Made by a program: the position numbers and the translations under genes
Notes under the pieces: generated by a model
What the model was told of the DNA's origin: nothing
Databases searched by the model: none
The model's input: the letters and a program-made list of their open reading frames with translations, nothing else
Source of the DNA: Candidatus Hodarchaeota archaeon
Lineage (GTDB): Archaea; Asgardarchaeota; Heimdallarchaeia; Hodarchaeales; Hodarchaeaceae
NCBI GenBank assembly: GCA_016839815.1
Contig: JAEOTM010000163.1
Span: forward strand, 1 to 21,793
Direction of reading: 5' to 3'
Length of the DNA: 21,793 nucleotides
In this document: positions 1-10,200 of the stretch, one piece after another
Position numbering within the stretch: the stretch's first letter is position 1
Layout of the letters: the number at the start of each line of letters is the position of its first letter

Positions 1-1305
1 AAAGTTTTCATTCGATCCTTTAAACAAGTCATTCGTTCGCCAGCTCGGATGACTCTTATTATAGGCTTCCCCATCTTTTTTATTTTCATATTTGCCTTTA
101 TATTTGGGGGAAGTGGATATGATGAGGTAACCGTGTCTCTGGGAATTGTTAATCTTGATGATTCTAGTCTTATACAACCTGAATGGGAAGAAAGTTTTGC
201 AAATGCCACAAGGGATTGGAAAGATAACGAAACATTCAATCCATTTACAGAAGGGTTTGGAGAATTTTTCGTGAAGAGTTTAGAAGATCAAACAAATTTG
301 GATATCTCGAATAGTACCTTTAAGATGACTGAATTCGAATCTATAGATGAAGCATTAGTTTCTGTACAAAGCAGGGTTGTGTCCATAGGGATTGTAATAC
401 CGAGTGATTTCTCTCTAGCGGTATTATCAGGTCTTAATGCACGGGAGGTAGTTCTTACTGGACAACCTATTGTGGATCATGGGCTGATTCGAAACCAAAA
501 TTTAACAATTAACATTTTAGGTGATCCCAGCTTCTTAGCATTTCAAACTGGCCTTACAGAAGTCGAAAATGCATTAGATAATTTCCAATCGCAACTTTAT
601 GGCATAGAAGTAGCAGCAGGAAATTTCCATTCAGTTTTTGAGAATGTAGTAAGTACCGAATTAACTCAATTTGACTATTTTATCTCAGGATTCTTTACAT
701 TTGGATTAATCTTAACCTCCAGTGGGATTGCGGGTATCATAGGTGAAGAACGGAATTATCGGACGCTTGAACGTTTGAAATTAAGTCAGGTAAAACCTGC
801 GGAATACCTTTTAGGTATCTCTCTCAATCAGGTAGCACTAGCGATTATCCAAGTAGCTATAATGTTTGGAGCTGCCTATCTTTTCGGATTCCAAGGGCAA
901 GGTAATGCTCTTCTCGCTGCATCTCTCGCCATTATTACCTTACTTCCAGTTCTGGGATTGGCCGTCTTTGTCAGTGCTTTCGTACCAGATGGACGTGATG
1001 CTAATGGAGTTATTGCTATGCTTAGTGCACCAATAGGATTTGTTTCAGGGGCATTCCTTCCAGTTCCAGAGATTCCTCTAATCCAGAATTTTGTACCTGA
1101 TGGATCAGGATCGCTTCGTGCATTACAACTCTGGGACTTCTTCCCCTTTCATGCATCTACTAAAACTATCAGGAATGTATTACTTTTTGATCACTCAATT
1201 GAGCAGATTCTCCCTGATCTTATATTTCTGATCATTGGTGGATTAATGTTCTTTGTTTTTGGCATGTTTTTCTTCGTAAGGACAATTTTCACTCCCGAAA
1301 ATTAG
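1..1305 (+). CDS. ABC-2 type transporter permease (exporter membrane subunit), 5'-truncated by window
   Basis: Frame is open from base 1 (KVFIRSFKQVIRSPARM...). One N-terminal TM, a large extracellular loop (GIVNLDD...IVIPSDFS), then five TMs with EERNYRTLERLKLSQV and SGAFLPV motifs typical of ABC-2 permeases. Confidence 0.9.
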   Translation, partial: KVFIRSFKQVIRSPARMTLIIGFPIFFIFIFAFIFGGSGYDEVTVSLGIVNLDDSSLIQPEWEESFANATRDWKDNETFNPFTEGFGEFFVKSLEDQTNLDISNSTFKMTEFESIDEALVSVQSRVVSIGIVIPSDFSLAVLSGLNAREVVLTGQPIVDHGLIRNQNLTINILGDPSFLAFQTGLTEVENALDNFQSQLYGIEVAAGNFHSVFENVVSTELTQFDYFISGFFTFGLILTSSGIAGIIGEERNYRTLERLKLSQVKPAEYLLGISLNQVALAIIQVAIMFGAAYLFGFQGQGNALLAASLAIITLLPVLGLAVFVSAFVPDGRDANGVIAMLSAPIGFVSGAFLPVPEIPLIQNFVPDGSGSLRALQLWDFFPFHASTKTIRNVLLFDHSIEQILPDLIFLIIGGLMFFVFGMFFFVRTIFTPEN

Positions 1306-1315
1306 CTCACTTGAA

Positions 1316-1345
1316 GGAACTTTTGGGAGTTCCCCCAATTTTTTT
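1316..1345 (+). terminator. Putative terminator (short hairpin plus T7 tract) after the permease gene
   Basis: GGAACT(1316-1321)/AGTTCC(1328-1333) inverted repeat followed by TTTTTTT at 1339-1345, starting 10 nt after the stop codon. Confidence 0.4.
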
Positions 1346-1434
1346 CTGAAGAATTCTACTTCTCTCTCTCACCAACTTCTTCAGATGAGTCTCCGCGTTA
1401 CACTTATTATAGTCAAATATTCTAGATATGGAGA

Positions 1435-2466
1435 ATGAAGTGTCCACTCATTAACCAAGGTTTAAGTCCAGGAAAGTGCTTAACAGCAACTAATGAAGGA
1501 ACTCTCAAGAAGGCATGTCATGTAACGCTGAAAAAAGAAAATGGGAGTTTTAAACGATTAATCAAGTCTATTCATCTCTCTAGACCAGAGGATTATTTGA
1601 GTATATACCAAAGTGGATGTAATCACGACTGTCTAAAATGCCACTCATCAGACTTTTCTAAAGTTATAAATGGAAACTGGTTTAGCAATAACGATATTGC
1701 AAGGATTGCCTCTGAATATGCTTCTCAAGTAACCGTTGTTGAACCTCGATCTCGGGCAACAATGTGGCATGCTGATGATCTATGTCTTCATTGTGGGTCA
1801 TGCATTATCTATGGGAAGCCTTCTCCTCAGTGTCCACAGAAAATTTCACCCTCACAAGTTGTTCTCTCTCCTCAAGGTTTCGGGCCAGCACGGAATATAG
1901 TCGCTTTTACAGGAGGAGATATTACATGTCAGCCTGAATACTATGCAGAAGTCTCAGAGAAGATTAAAGAAGCGACAGATGGTAATCTATGGGTTCTGAT
2001 AGAGACAAATGGGTATGCATTGACCCATAAGAACCTAGAAGTACTTAAAGCTGGACAAGTAGATTCATATTGGCTGGATATAAAAGCATTTGACAATAAA
2101 GTCTATAAAAAATTGTGTGGAACATCGAATAAAACTGTTCTAGAGTCTGTTGCCCATATTATTGAGTTAGGTTTTACTTTAGAAGTTCTCACATTATTTA
2201 TCCCTGGATATGTTGAAACTAACCAGCATGAACAAATTGCGCAACTAGTCGTTGATATTGACACTACTATTCCCATGACACTCTTAGCGTTTTTTCCAAG
2301 TTATAAACTTTCAAATATTCGTTCACCTACCTTTGAAGAAATGATGGCAAGTCACGCAGCAATGATAGGCAGAGGAATCCGGAATCTGAGGTTAGGAAAT
2401 CTTGGTGTATTTGCCAGGACCCCTGAGGAACAAATTAAGGTACAAGATTTACACAAAAAATTCTGA
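1435..2466 (+). CDS. Radical SAM protein (PFL-activating-enzyme-like archaeal family)
   Basis: CxxxCxxC motif (GCNHDCLKCH, 1618-1641), FTGGD, IETNG, WLDIKA. GGAG just upstream of the ATG and TTATTATA about 25-30 nt upstream. Confidence 0.9.
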   Translation: MKCPLINQGLSPGKCLTATNEGTLKKACHVTLKKENGSFKRLIKSIHLSRPEDYLSIYQSGCNHDCLKCHSSDFSKVINGNWFSNNDIARIASEYASQVTVVEPRSRATMWHADDLCLHCGSCIIYGKPSPQCPQKISPSQVVLSPQGFGPARNIVAFTGGDITCQPEYYAEVSEKIKEATDGNLWVLIETNGYALTHKNLEVLKAGQVDSYWLDIKAFDNKVYKKLCGTSNKTVLESVAHIIELGFTLEVLTLFIPGYVETNQHEQIAQLVVDIDTTIPMTLLAFFPSYKLSNIRSPTFEEMMASHAAMIGRGIRNLRLGNLGVFARTPEEQIKVQDLHKKF

Positions 2467-2507
2467 TGATAGAACTATATATAACTAAAGCAGTTTTAGG
2501 TGCGTTT

Positions 2508-3131
2508 ATGCCATTTTATGCTAATGATTTGTATAAAATTAAGAAAAAAGATATGAAACGTGCATGTCAAGTCTTGGGAGAAGCGTTTCAAGAAGATCCA
2601 ACTTGGGTCCATGTAATTCCAGATGAAACTGAGAGGAAGAAGAAATTACCCATTATCTTTGAATATTTAATGCGGTATTCTTTGAAATATGGACATATTT
2701 ATGCTCCAACTGAGGAGTTAGAAGGAGTTATTTCATGGGTTCCAGATACAACTGTGGAAGTGTCAGTTTGGAGACTCTTAAGAAGCGGAGCTTTCATTGC
2801 CGCATTTAAAATGGGGAGAGAAACAGGAAAGAGAATTGAGGTTCTATTTAAACAGATAGATAATGATCGTAGAGAGCATATGAGAGGAACGCCTTATTTA
2901 TACATTCAAGTGGTAGGTGTTCTTCCAGGATTTCAAGGACAAGGATTAGGAAGAAAACTGTTAAAGGCTGCGTTTGCAAAAGCTGATACAGAAAGACTTT
3001 CCGTTTACTTGGAAACAGAAACAGAAAAAAACATGCAGATGTACTTAAAATATGGATTTAAAATTCTAAAAGAAGCAATCGCTCCAGAAGCAGACTTCCA
3101 GTACTGGGAAATGGTGAGAAAACCCCAATAG
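2508..3131 (+). CDS. GNAT family N-acetyltransferase
   Basis: Acetyl-CoA motif A VGVLPGFQGQGLGRKLL, YLET and N..MYLKYGF. Start moved from the ORF's 2466 to ATG 2508, which has an AGGTG SD and TATATATAA at 2476-2484. Confidence 0.9.
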   Translation: MPFYANDLYKIKKKDMKRACQVLGEAFQEDPTWVHVIPDETERKKKLPIIFEYLMRYSLKYGHIYAPTEELEGVISWVPDTTVEVSVWRLLRSGAFIAAFKMGRETGKRIEVLFKQIDNDRREHMRGTPYLYIQVVGVLPGFQGQGLGRKLLKAAFAKADTERLSVYLETETEKNMQMYLKYGFKILKEAIAPEADFQYWEMVRKPQ

Positions 3132-3198
3132 AGAAGGAAACTAGATTAAATTTTTGAAGATTACCGAAAACTATAGAACCGATACCAAGTGGAACAAA

Positions 3199-3780
3199 AT
3201 GGATTTCAAAACATTTGTCATTGAAACATTTGAAATTGCAGAGTGGAATGTTCTAAAAGCAATATTCCGATTGAAACCTGAAGACCTAGAAAAACAGATA
3301 ACAGAAAGATTGAATCCAATCAGGTGGGTAATTGGACATCTTACAATTCAGATGGATACAATTTTTAATGGATTTTGTTACGGTAAGGAGTTACTAGATG
3401 AAGATTTTCGCAATTATTTTGCAATGGGCCCTGATAGAATGACAAAAATCGAATTTCCAGTATCTTATGCTGAGTTGATTTCACGGTTTCTTGAATTTTT
3501 TCAATCTAGTAGGGATTATTTGTATTGTTTACCTGTAGAGAAATTTACAAATGTACCTGAACATAACACCAAGAAAAATAAGGAAACAATCGCTGAATTG
3601 GTGCAAAGAGTATCCTTACACTTCTTGGGCCATACTGGACAGATTTATCAAATCAAACGCGAGCTGAATAAGAGCGGAACCTTTGTAATGGGGATTAAAA
3701 AGAAAAATCGGGAGGATAGTAGAGCTAAATGGCTTAAATGGTGGAATAAGAGTAAAAAAGAATATGAAAAAGTGCCCTGA
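3199..3780 (+). CDS. DinB/YfiT-like family protein (putative metal-dependent thiol transferase/hydrolase fold)
   Basis: NPIRWVIGHL and HFLGHTGQI provide the His triad of DinB four-helix proteins. ORF opens at TTG 3154; ATG 3199 is preferred. Confidence 0.8.
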   Translation: MDFKTFVIETFEIAEWNVLKAIFRLKPEDLEKQITERLNPIRWVIGHLTIQMDTIFNGFCYGKELLDEDFRNYFAMGPDRMTKIEFPVSYAELISRFLEFFQSSRDYLYCLPVEKFTNVPEHNTKKNKETIAELVQRVSLHFLGHTGQIYQIKRELNKSGTFVMGIKKKNREDSRAKWLKWWNKSKKEYEKVP

Positions 3781-3865
3781 ATTTTGGATTCAAAGCAGTG
3801 TTACATTAAGTGTTCAATAAAAAATGAGGTTCCCTCTCTAATACCTGTTCTTTTGTAATTAAACT

Positions 3866-4570
3866 CTAACTTTCTTGGCGTAAAAAAGCATAAGCTAAAG
3901 GAATTTGTCCAAACAGGGTACAATAGCCTCCGAGAGCCGAGAAGAAACCTGCAAGGGAATATTCCATGAATAGTAGGCAACCAATGCTTAAAAAACAAAA
4001 GACTCCACATATCAAGAAAAAGTATCCTCCAATCCGCTTAAGAATCGATCCTTCCTTCACGAATTCAAGAGCTACAATACTTGTTGGAATTGCCAAGACC
4101 CCGTAGGCTGATAAATTGATAATACTTACAATAGTTCCTTCATAAATCTGTGTAAGTGATAAAATGACGAACCTTGCGGTGGACTGGTATTCTGGAATTT
4201 CAAGATATGGAAGAAGAGCAGGGATAATTGTGATTTGAGAACCATAAGCGAATATGTTCATTAATCCATAGATTGGTATGGTAAATAATCCTACTAGCAA
4301 CAAAAATGATTTTTTTTGGTGTAAATAGTACATAAATAAACCTATAAAAAGAAAAACACCAAAAACTGTTAAAATTACAGCATTAAAATAATTAAAAAAG
4401 AATGAAAGATCTTGGTTTGAAACATAGGCAATAGCCTTATCTGGGGTATCAATACCTCCACTAGAAACCGTACTAATGACCATTGAGACAGCCCATACAA
4501 GAACTGCCAGTATATCTATAAGAAGTAGAACACCCAATTGTTTTGCGGTTATGATGTCTTTATCTAACAC
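3866..4570 (-). CDS. Multi-pass (~6 TM) membrane protein, possibly DUF4386-like
   Basis: About six hydrophobic segments; GTG start preceded by GAGGAG; divergent from the TetR gene. Confidence 0.75.
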   Translation of the reverse strand: MLDKDIITAKQLGVLLLIDILAVLVWAVSMVISTVSSGGIDTPDKAIAYVSNQDLSFFFNYFNAVILTVFGVFLFIGLFMYYLHQKKSFLLLVGLFTIPIYGLMNIFAYGSQITIIPALLPYLEIPEYQSTARFVILSLTQIYEGTIVSIINLSAYGVLAIPTSIVALEFVKEGSILKRIGGYFFLICGVFCFLSIGCLLFMEYSLAGFFSALGGYCTLFGQIPLAYAFLRQES

Positions 4571-4622
4571 ATTAATACTCCTCGTTAAGTTTTGAACTCT
4601 GAGTATGATTTTCTACTAAAGG

Positions 4623-4639
4623 TTTAAATAGCTAGCTAT
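4623..4639. promoter_or_regulatory. TATA-like box overlapping a perfect 12-bp palindrome; candidate TetR operator
   Basis: TTTAAATA at 4623-4630 overlaps ATAGCTAGCTAT at 4628-4639, in the divergent membrane-protein/TetR intergenic region. Confidence 0.4.
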
Positions 4640-4702
4640 ATTGGTAGTAAATAAGTCGTAAGAAAAATCGGAAATTGTCCAATACAAGATCACGGTGAAA
4701 GT

Positions 4703-5449
4703 ATGAATAAACAAGAAAAAAAACCAATTTCAAGCTCCCGAAAGAAGAAATTAGAGCGTAATAAGAATATTATTTTGGATGTAGCAGAGAAATTTTTTAC
4801 AGAGAAATCGTACGATGATGTTAAAGTCGATAATATAGCCGAAGAATCTGCTATAAGCAAAGCCACAATTTATACGTACTTCCACAGTAAAGAAGGGTTA
4901 TATTACAGTATAGGTATCCGAGCATATAAGTTTATTAATGCACAGATGAACTTGTTGTTAACTACATCTGATAAAGGACTAGATATCATCTCAGGGCTGA
5001 TAATCGCCAATATGGAAGGAAGAGAGGAATTTAAACTCTATAATGAAATAACCATACGCTTCATACAAATGGATCCACAGATCCATACTGAGATTATTAG
5101 AAAATTATCTACCCAGATGACACAAAAAGATAATGATAATCGGTTATTTAAAATTTTAATGGAGTACCTGAGAGGAATTCGGTTATTCACTAGTAAGTGG
5201 AAGGAAGCAGTTGAGAGGGGTCAAAAAGACGGGAGCATTAGTAATATAATGAATATTGATTTGATCACCCAATATATCTTTATCTTAATCAATGGCATCG
5301 TGCAATTACGTAGTACATCATCTCTTTTCTTCGATGAAGGGAAATTACATGATTCAGAAACGGTTCAGAATTTAACCTTGTCAATAGTCCAATCCTTTTT
5401 GCATAAATCCAACCTTCAAACTAATAAGGCAAATTCAAAAAAACAGTGA
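4703..5449 (+). CDS. TetR/AcrR family transcriptional regulator
   Basis: N-terminal HTH ILDVAEKFFTEKSYDDVKVDNIAEESAISKATIYTYFHSKEGLY; C-terminal ERGQKDGSI; GGTGA SD. Confidence 0.95.
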   Translation: MNKQEKKPISSSRKKKLERNKNIILDVAEKFFTEKSYDDVKVDNIAEESAISKATIYTYFHSKEGLYYSIGIRAYKFINAQMNLLLTTSDKGLDIISGLIIANMEGREEFKLYNEITIRFIQMDPQIHTEIIRKLSTQMTQKDNDNRLFKILMEYLRGIRLFTSKWKEAVERGQKDGSISNIMNIDLITQYIFILINGIVQLRSTSSLFFDEGKLHDSETVQNLTLSIVQSFLHKSNLQTNKANSKKQ

Positions 5450-5470
5450 AACACGAACCAGGGATGAATA

Positions 5471-6367
5471 ATGCGACTTTCTCCACCAGAAAAAACTATG
5501 AATTCTTGGTCATTTCCCCACCGACTACTATACCAATTAGTTAAACTTGTTCTTCCTAGATTTATCCGATTTTATTTTCGATTTGAGGTACGTAATATTA
5601 AGAATATAGACCGATTACCTGAAGGAGTACCAGTAATTTATTGTTTCAACCATAGATCTCATTTGGATACTTTCCTTTTTGCTAGCGCTCTTGTATATCC
5701 TTATGGAAACAGAACAGCTTGTGGCCTAATGACAAATGGTGATGCAATGGAAGAGAATAAGTTCTTTTATCTCCTCAAGTTTTTAGGGGCATATCCCGTT
5801 TATCCACAAAATGCAGATCCTGCTCTTGAATACACATTGACTTTACTAAGAGAGAATTTAGCAGTATTAATTGCACCCCAAGGAAAGCGAATTCCCAGTA
5901 CTCCGTTAGATGATTATCATAATCTCATTGATCAAGCCAAAACTGGAGTAGGAAGAATTATCCTAAGAACTAATGGTGAAATCCCTGTAGTGCCAATTTA
6001 CATTCATGGTTCACATGAAGCTCTTACCTTTGGAAAAGTGATCCCTCGATTCAAGTCATTTATTTCAGTTTCAATATGTAAACCCCTTTACTTTACTGAA
6101 TATAATCAAGAAAGTGGTTGGAATGAAAACGAATCATCTTTTCATTCTTATGCTAGACAAATCAGTAGAAAGATTATGTCATCTATCCGTGATCAGATGC
6201 TATTGGAAGAAGAATTCTTTTTTCAAATCCTTTCTCGGAAAGTGACAATTTCTATGGAATCACACGATGTTTCATATCAGACACACCCAAGCGTATATCG
6301 TTTTCAGCGGAATTTGTTACGCTACTCGCCAACACAATTGAATATGTGGCTAGAAGAAAATACCTGA
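5471..6367 (+). CDS. Lysophospholipid acyltransferase, PlsC/1-acyl-sn-glycerol-3-phosphate acyltransferase family
   Basis: Catalytic HX4D block NHRSHLD (5648-5668), GAYPV block II, APQGKR block III, KTGVGRI and PVVPIYIHG block IV. Confidence 0.85.
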   Translation: MRLSPPEKTMNSWSFPHRLLYQLVKLVLPRFIRFYFRFEVRNIKNIDRLPEGVPVIYCFNHRSHLDTFLFASALVYPYGNRTACGLMTNGDAMEENKFFYLLKFLGAYPVYPQNADPALEYTLTLLRENLAVLIAPQGKRIPSTPLDDYHNLIDQAKTGVGRIILRTNGEIPVVPIYIHGSHEALTFGKVIPRFKSFISVSICKPLYFTEYNQESGWNENESSFHSYARQISRKIMSSIRDQMLLEEEFFFQILSRKVTISMESHDVSYQTHPSVYRFQRNLLRYSPTQLNMWLEENT

Positions 6368-6551
6368 TTTAAATTGTCTGACTGATAGAAGGTCAAAATC
6401 GGTGGAGGGGATCACTTTCGGCTGTTTTGTTGTGTTCTGTCCGTTAGGAAACAAACCAGATAGAATTCTTCCTCTGACTTTACCACAACCATAAAATTAT
6501 TATCACGAATTAAAGGAGCTAAGTAGTCATTGGTTAGTAGAGGAGAATAAA

Positions 6552-7175
6552 ATGCAGTTTATATCGAGAGCGACACCCCTGTATGAATTTTTGAGATTAA
6601 GTAATGGTACTAACCACGAAAAAAGAGTTCTTGATTGTGGTGCAGGTGGAGCACAACCACCTCTCTATTTATTCTACCAGCATGGATATCAAACGTATGG
6701 AATAGACATTAGTGAAGATGCGATCAAAGCATCAGAAAATTTTTGCCAAAAAAATAACCTAAATATAGATTTAAATATTAAGAAAGGTGATATGAGGACA
6801 ATAGAGTACGAGGATGAATTTTTTTCGTTTGTATATTCCTACAATTCAATCAATCACCTTTCAAAAAGCGATATTATCAAAACAATGCGAGAGATTGAAC
6901 GCGTTCTGACTCCTGATGGATTATGCTATGTAAATTTTGGCTCCGAAGACTCAGAAATTGGTGATAGAGGGGAGAAAATTGGCGAGGGTGAGTATTTACT
7001 GCCCATTGGGAATAATCAAACTGCCCTTCATACATTTCATACAGACAATGAGGCCGATAGCTATTTTAGAAACTTTAAACTTCTCCGAAAGGAGAAAAGC
7101 ATTCTCTATCGTTATGAAAAGGGAGAATTACAATTTTTAATTTGTAAAATTCACTATATTGGTAAAAAAATGTAG
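6552..7175 (+). CDS. Class I SAM-dependent methyltransferase
   Basis: Motif I VLDCGAGG, YGIDIS, GDM, FSFVYSYNSINHL, RVLTPDG; GAGGAG SD. Confidence 0.92.
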   Translation: MQFISRATPLYEFLRLSNGTNHEKRVLDCGAGGAQPPLYLFYQHGYQTYGIDISEDAIKASENFCQKNNLNIDLNIKKGDMRTIEYEDEFFSFVYSYNSINHLSKSDIIKTMREIERVLTPDGLCYVNFGSEDSEIGDRGEKIGEGEYLLPIGNNQTALHTFHTDNEADSYFRNFKLLRKEKSILYRYEKGELQFLICKIHYIGKKM

Positions 7176-7262
7176 TAGAGCACGAAAATTATTCCAGAAA
7201 GCTTTTGATCGTAAGGGCATTAGAAAGATTCTAAGAAGTGCATTTAGAAAGAAAACGTTAAG

Positions 7263-10200
7263 TCATTGATTATCTTTCTGACTTTTTTTAATACCCAGAG
7301 CTTCTCTTACATACTCCTCGACCCTTTTATTCTGTTCTTCTGGAGAAAGCTCCGTATCCAGTTTCAAAATTGAGCTAATGTTTGATCTAACTTTTTCGAA
7401 CTTCTTCGTCTCTTTCATGGCGATATCATGATACAGTTTCATGCTTTCTTGTTGTGCTACTCGTACACACCTATTAATCCATTTTTCTACCTGATCATAT
7501 TGAAAAGAAGCGAGCTCGATTCTTGCTCGTAATAGGTATACTTGACATAGCTCAGAATAATGTTTGTTATTTTCACAATCATCTTGCCATTTATTCAACA
7601 TGGTTAACAATTTCTTCTTCGCTATTGGTGAAGGAAAGCTCAACCAAGTTTTAAATTCAGAGGCAACCAGAGCTCCTTGACAGATTACCTGAAATTCAAC
7701 TTCTAAATCTTTAATATCTAAAGCTGTTTGCCATTCCTTTTCTGCTGATCCCCAATTCTTTTCTGATTCCGCATGAAGAGCTTGAATCATATGTTGAAAT
7801 GCAGAAACAACTGGATCTGTATACGGGGCTGTTGGAAAACGTTGAAGGATCTGACTTTCATGTGATAAAATTTGGGTCTCTTTTTGTAATCGTGCGATGT
7901 GAAATAGTGTTTCTGCGATCATACGATCATTTTCCAAGAATGTGAATACATCTAACGCACTTTCATATTGCTGGATAGCTTTGAGGAACTCACATTGATA
8001 ATAAAGGGCTGTGGCTTTTTCAACTAAGGTTTTGGCATCAGTTTCTGTTTGTACTAACGCTAAATAATCAGTAAACCCTAACTTTTGTATTTTTAAAGCA
8101 GTAGAGTAATCAGGAGCTTTCAACTGTGTAATTAAGGCACGTTTATTATTTTCTTTTCTGAACTGAATAAGTAGAGCAGCTAAACCTAGGTTAGCAAGAA
8201 TAAACAGTAGTCCTATATGAAAAATACTAAAACTTATTAATGGAAAACTCCAAAAGTCACGGGGGTCTGATCCACCCCTGTATTCATCAACATTAGAGAC
8301 CCAATCACCATCTAAATCGATTTTCGCATCGCTAGGGTCTCGTGCATCAAGTCCCATTTGAAACTCCCATATATCAGGCATTCCATCAATATCTCGATCA
8401 TAAAATGCATACATTTTGTCGATATACTGGAAATTTGGACTAATACTCATTGGATTTAAAGATCCGCTTTCCTCGTAGTTTTGTATCCAATCCCGATAGA
8501 CAATTAACTTCAAATCTTGATTGAGATAGATATAAAGTGAATCATTGGCTGCTAGTTCCTCAATTACTTGATACATGTCTTGTCGAGTATTAGAATCCTG
8601 TTCAATCGCCGCTGAATCTATTAGCGTATCCAAAGAAGGATTATCATAAGAAAGGCGTGATGCAAACACTCCATATTGTCCATGCAAATACGGAGTGATG
8701 AAATTATCTGGATCAGCAAAATCTGCAGCCCAACCACAAAAGTAAAATGGAAAGTGTTGTCTCCAGGCACCTTCATCATAACAATCCATATCCACAGGTT
8801 CTAAAATCGCTCGGATCCCTACATCGGCAAAGACCAAAGAATTAGCAAGAGATAGGTACATAAACGCCTGCACTTCATTAAACACTGGATAAACCAATTT
8901 AATTGTCCCTTGCCATCCTACTTCTTCAAAAAGGCTTCTAGCTGTTTCTAAATCATAGGAAGGAAGGAGTCCATCTTCCTGTAATTGAGTGGTGTGGCCG
9001 AAAATTCCCTCTGGAATTATACCTGTCATCTGTTTACCGATCCCATTCAAAACATTGTCTATAAAGTTTGAATAATCAAACACGTTCGCCATAGCTTTAC
9101 GGAAGAGAACTGAAGTAAACGGATTATCTACACTGGCTTTTTGAGATCCTTTTGAGAAGCGGAAGAGGGTATTAGCATCGTAAGTCGAATCTTCTGATTC
9201 ATTCAAGTAAATTTCAGGTAAGGATTCCTTCATATTCATACCGAGGAAGAATGTAGTGGATGTAGGAGCGGTTATCGTATTTATTCCCTCGTAAAGAGAA
9301 GTACCTGCTGGAGACATAAGTTTAAATGCGTCAGGCTTTCCCACATAAGCCATATCGGAGTCTCCATTGATTAAATTCTGAAACCGAGTTTCATCATCTA
9401 TTTCTGCTCGAATTTCGACCTCTTCAACCGAGTGGACACTGAAAGATCCCCACCAATTCTCATTTTTTAAAAGGGTTATAGAATTCTCACCTTTGCCTTT
9501 CAATTTATACGGACCTGTTCCGATAGCGTGTTCTTTCATCCAAGAGTGATAGGATACACTTGCCCGATGTGAACCAGGAACAACACCTGAAATCTTTGGA
9601 TTATGATCACTAGCTAATCCCAACTTAGTATAATCCGTTAAGGAAGGAAACCATTTATCTAGTGGAAACATTCCATAAGTTTTGTCTCCATAAAAAGCTG
9701 AATAACTTTCAGGACGATTCTCAATAACCGCTTTTGGGGAAATAGCACTTCCAATATCAAAAGCAAGAGAGTTAACAAACGGTGAATAAGCAGACTCAAG
9801 GTGAATTTCTAAGGTATAATCATCAAGTACTACTACTCCACCTGCATCAAGATAAGTCTGTGCTTCCGTGAAATTCGGGTTGAAATATTGCATATATGCT
9901 GCTCCTCCTTTGATAACACGTGCAATCATCCATGAGGGTCCCCATGGATCATTCAGTAAAATTGCTCTATCAATGGAGTATTTCATTATATAGGCATTAA
10001 AAATCACGCCATCATGGAAACGAACATTTTTCCGTAAGTTAAAAGTATATACTCGCCCATTGGGGGTGACTGACCAGCTAGTAGCGAGCCTTCCTTCGAG
10101 TTTTTCGACAGAGTTCCCTTGATAGCCTACCAATGTTTCATAAATCATTTCTACAACAGTACAACCCGGAGTGGCATAATTAATTGCAGGATCCAAGGAA

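Noticed and set aside
1-1305. ABC permease as partner of the SBP at 7263-10382
   Set aside because: It is an ABC-2 exporter-type permease, not a DppB/C importer, and lies 6 kb away on the opposite strand.
2464-2468. TGATG stop/start overlap implying coupling of radical SAM and GNAT genes
   Set aside because: ATG 2508 has its own SD and a TATA-like box at 2476-2484, so the overlap may be coincidental.
6401-6410. GGTGGAGGGG resembles part of the SAM-I riboswitch and lies upstream of a SAM methyltransferase
   Set aside because: The other SAM-I core elements (TTATC..GAG, GCAACC, GGTGC, closing P1 strand) are missing.
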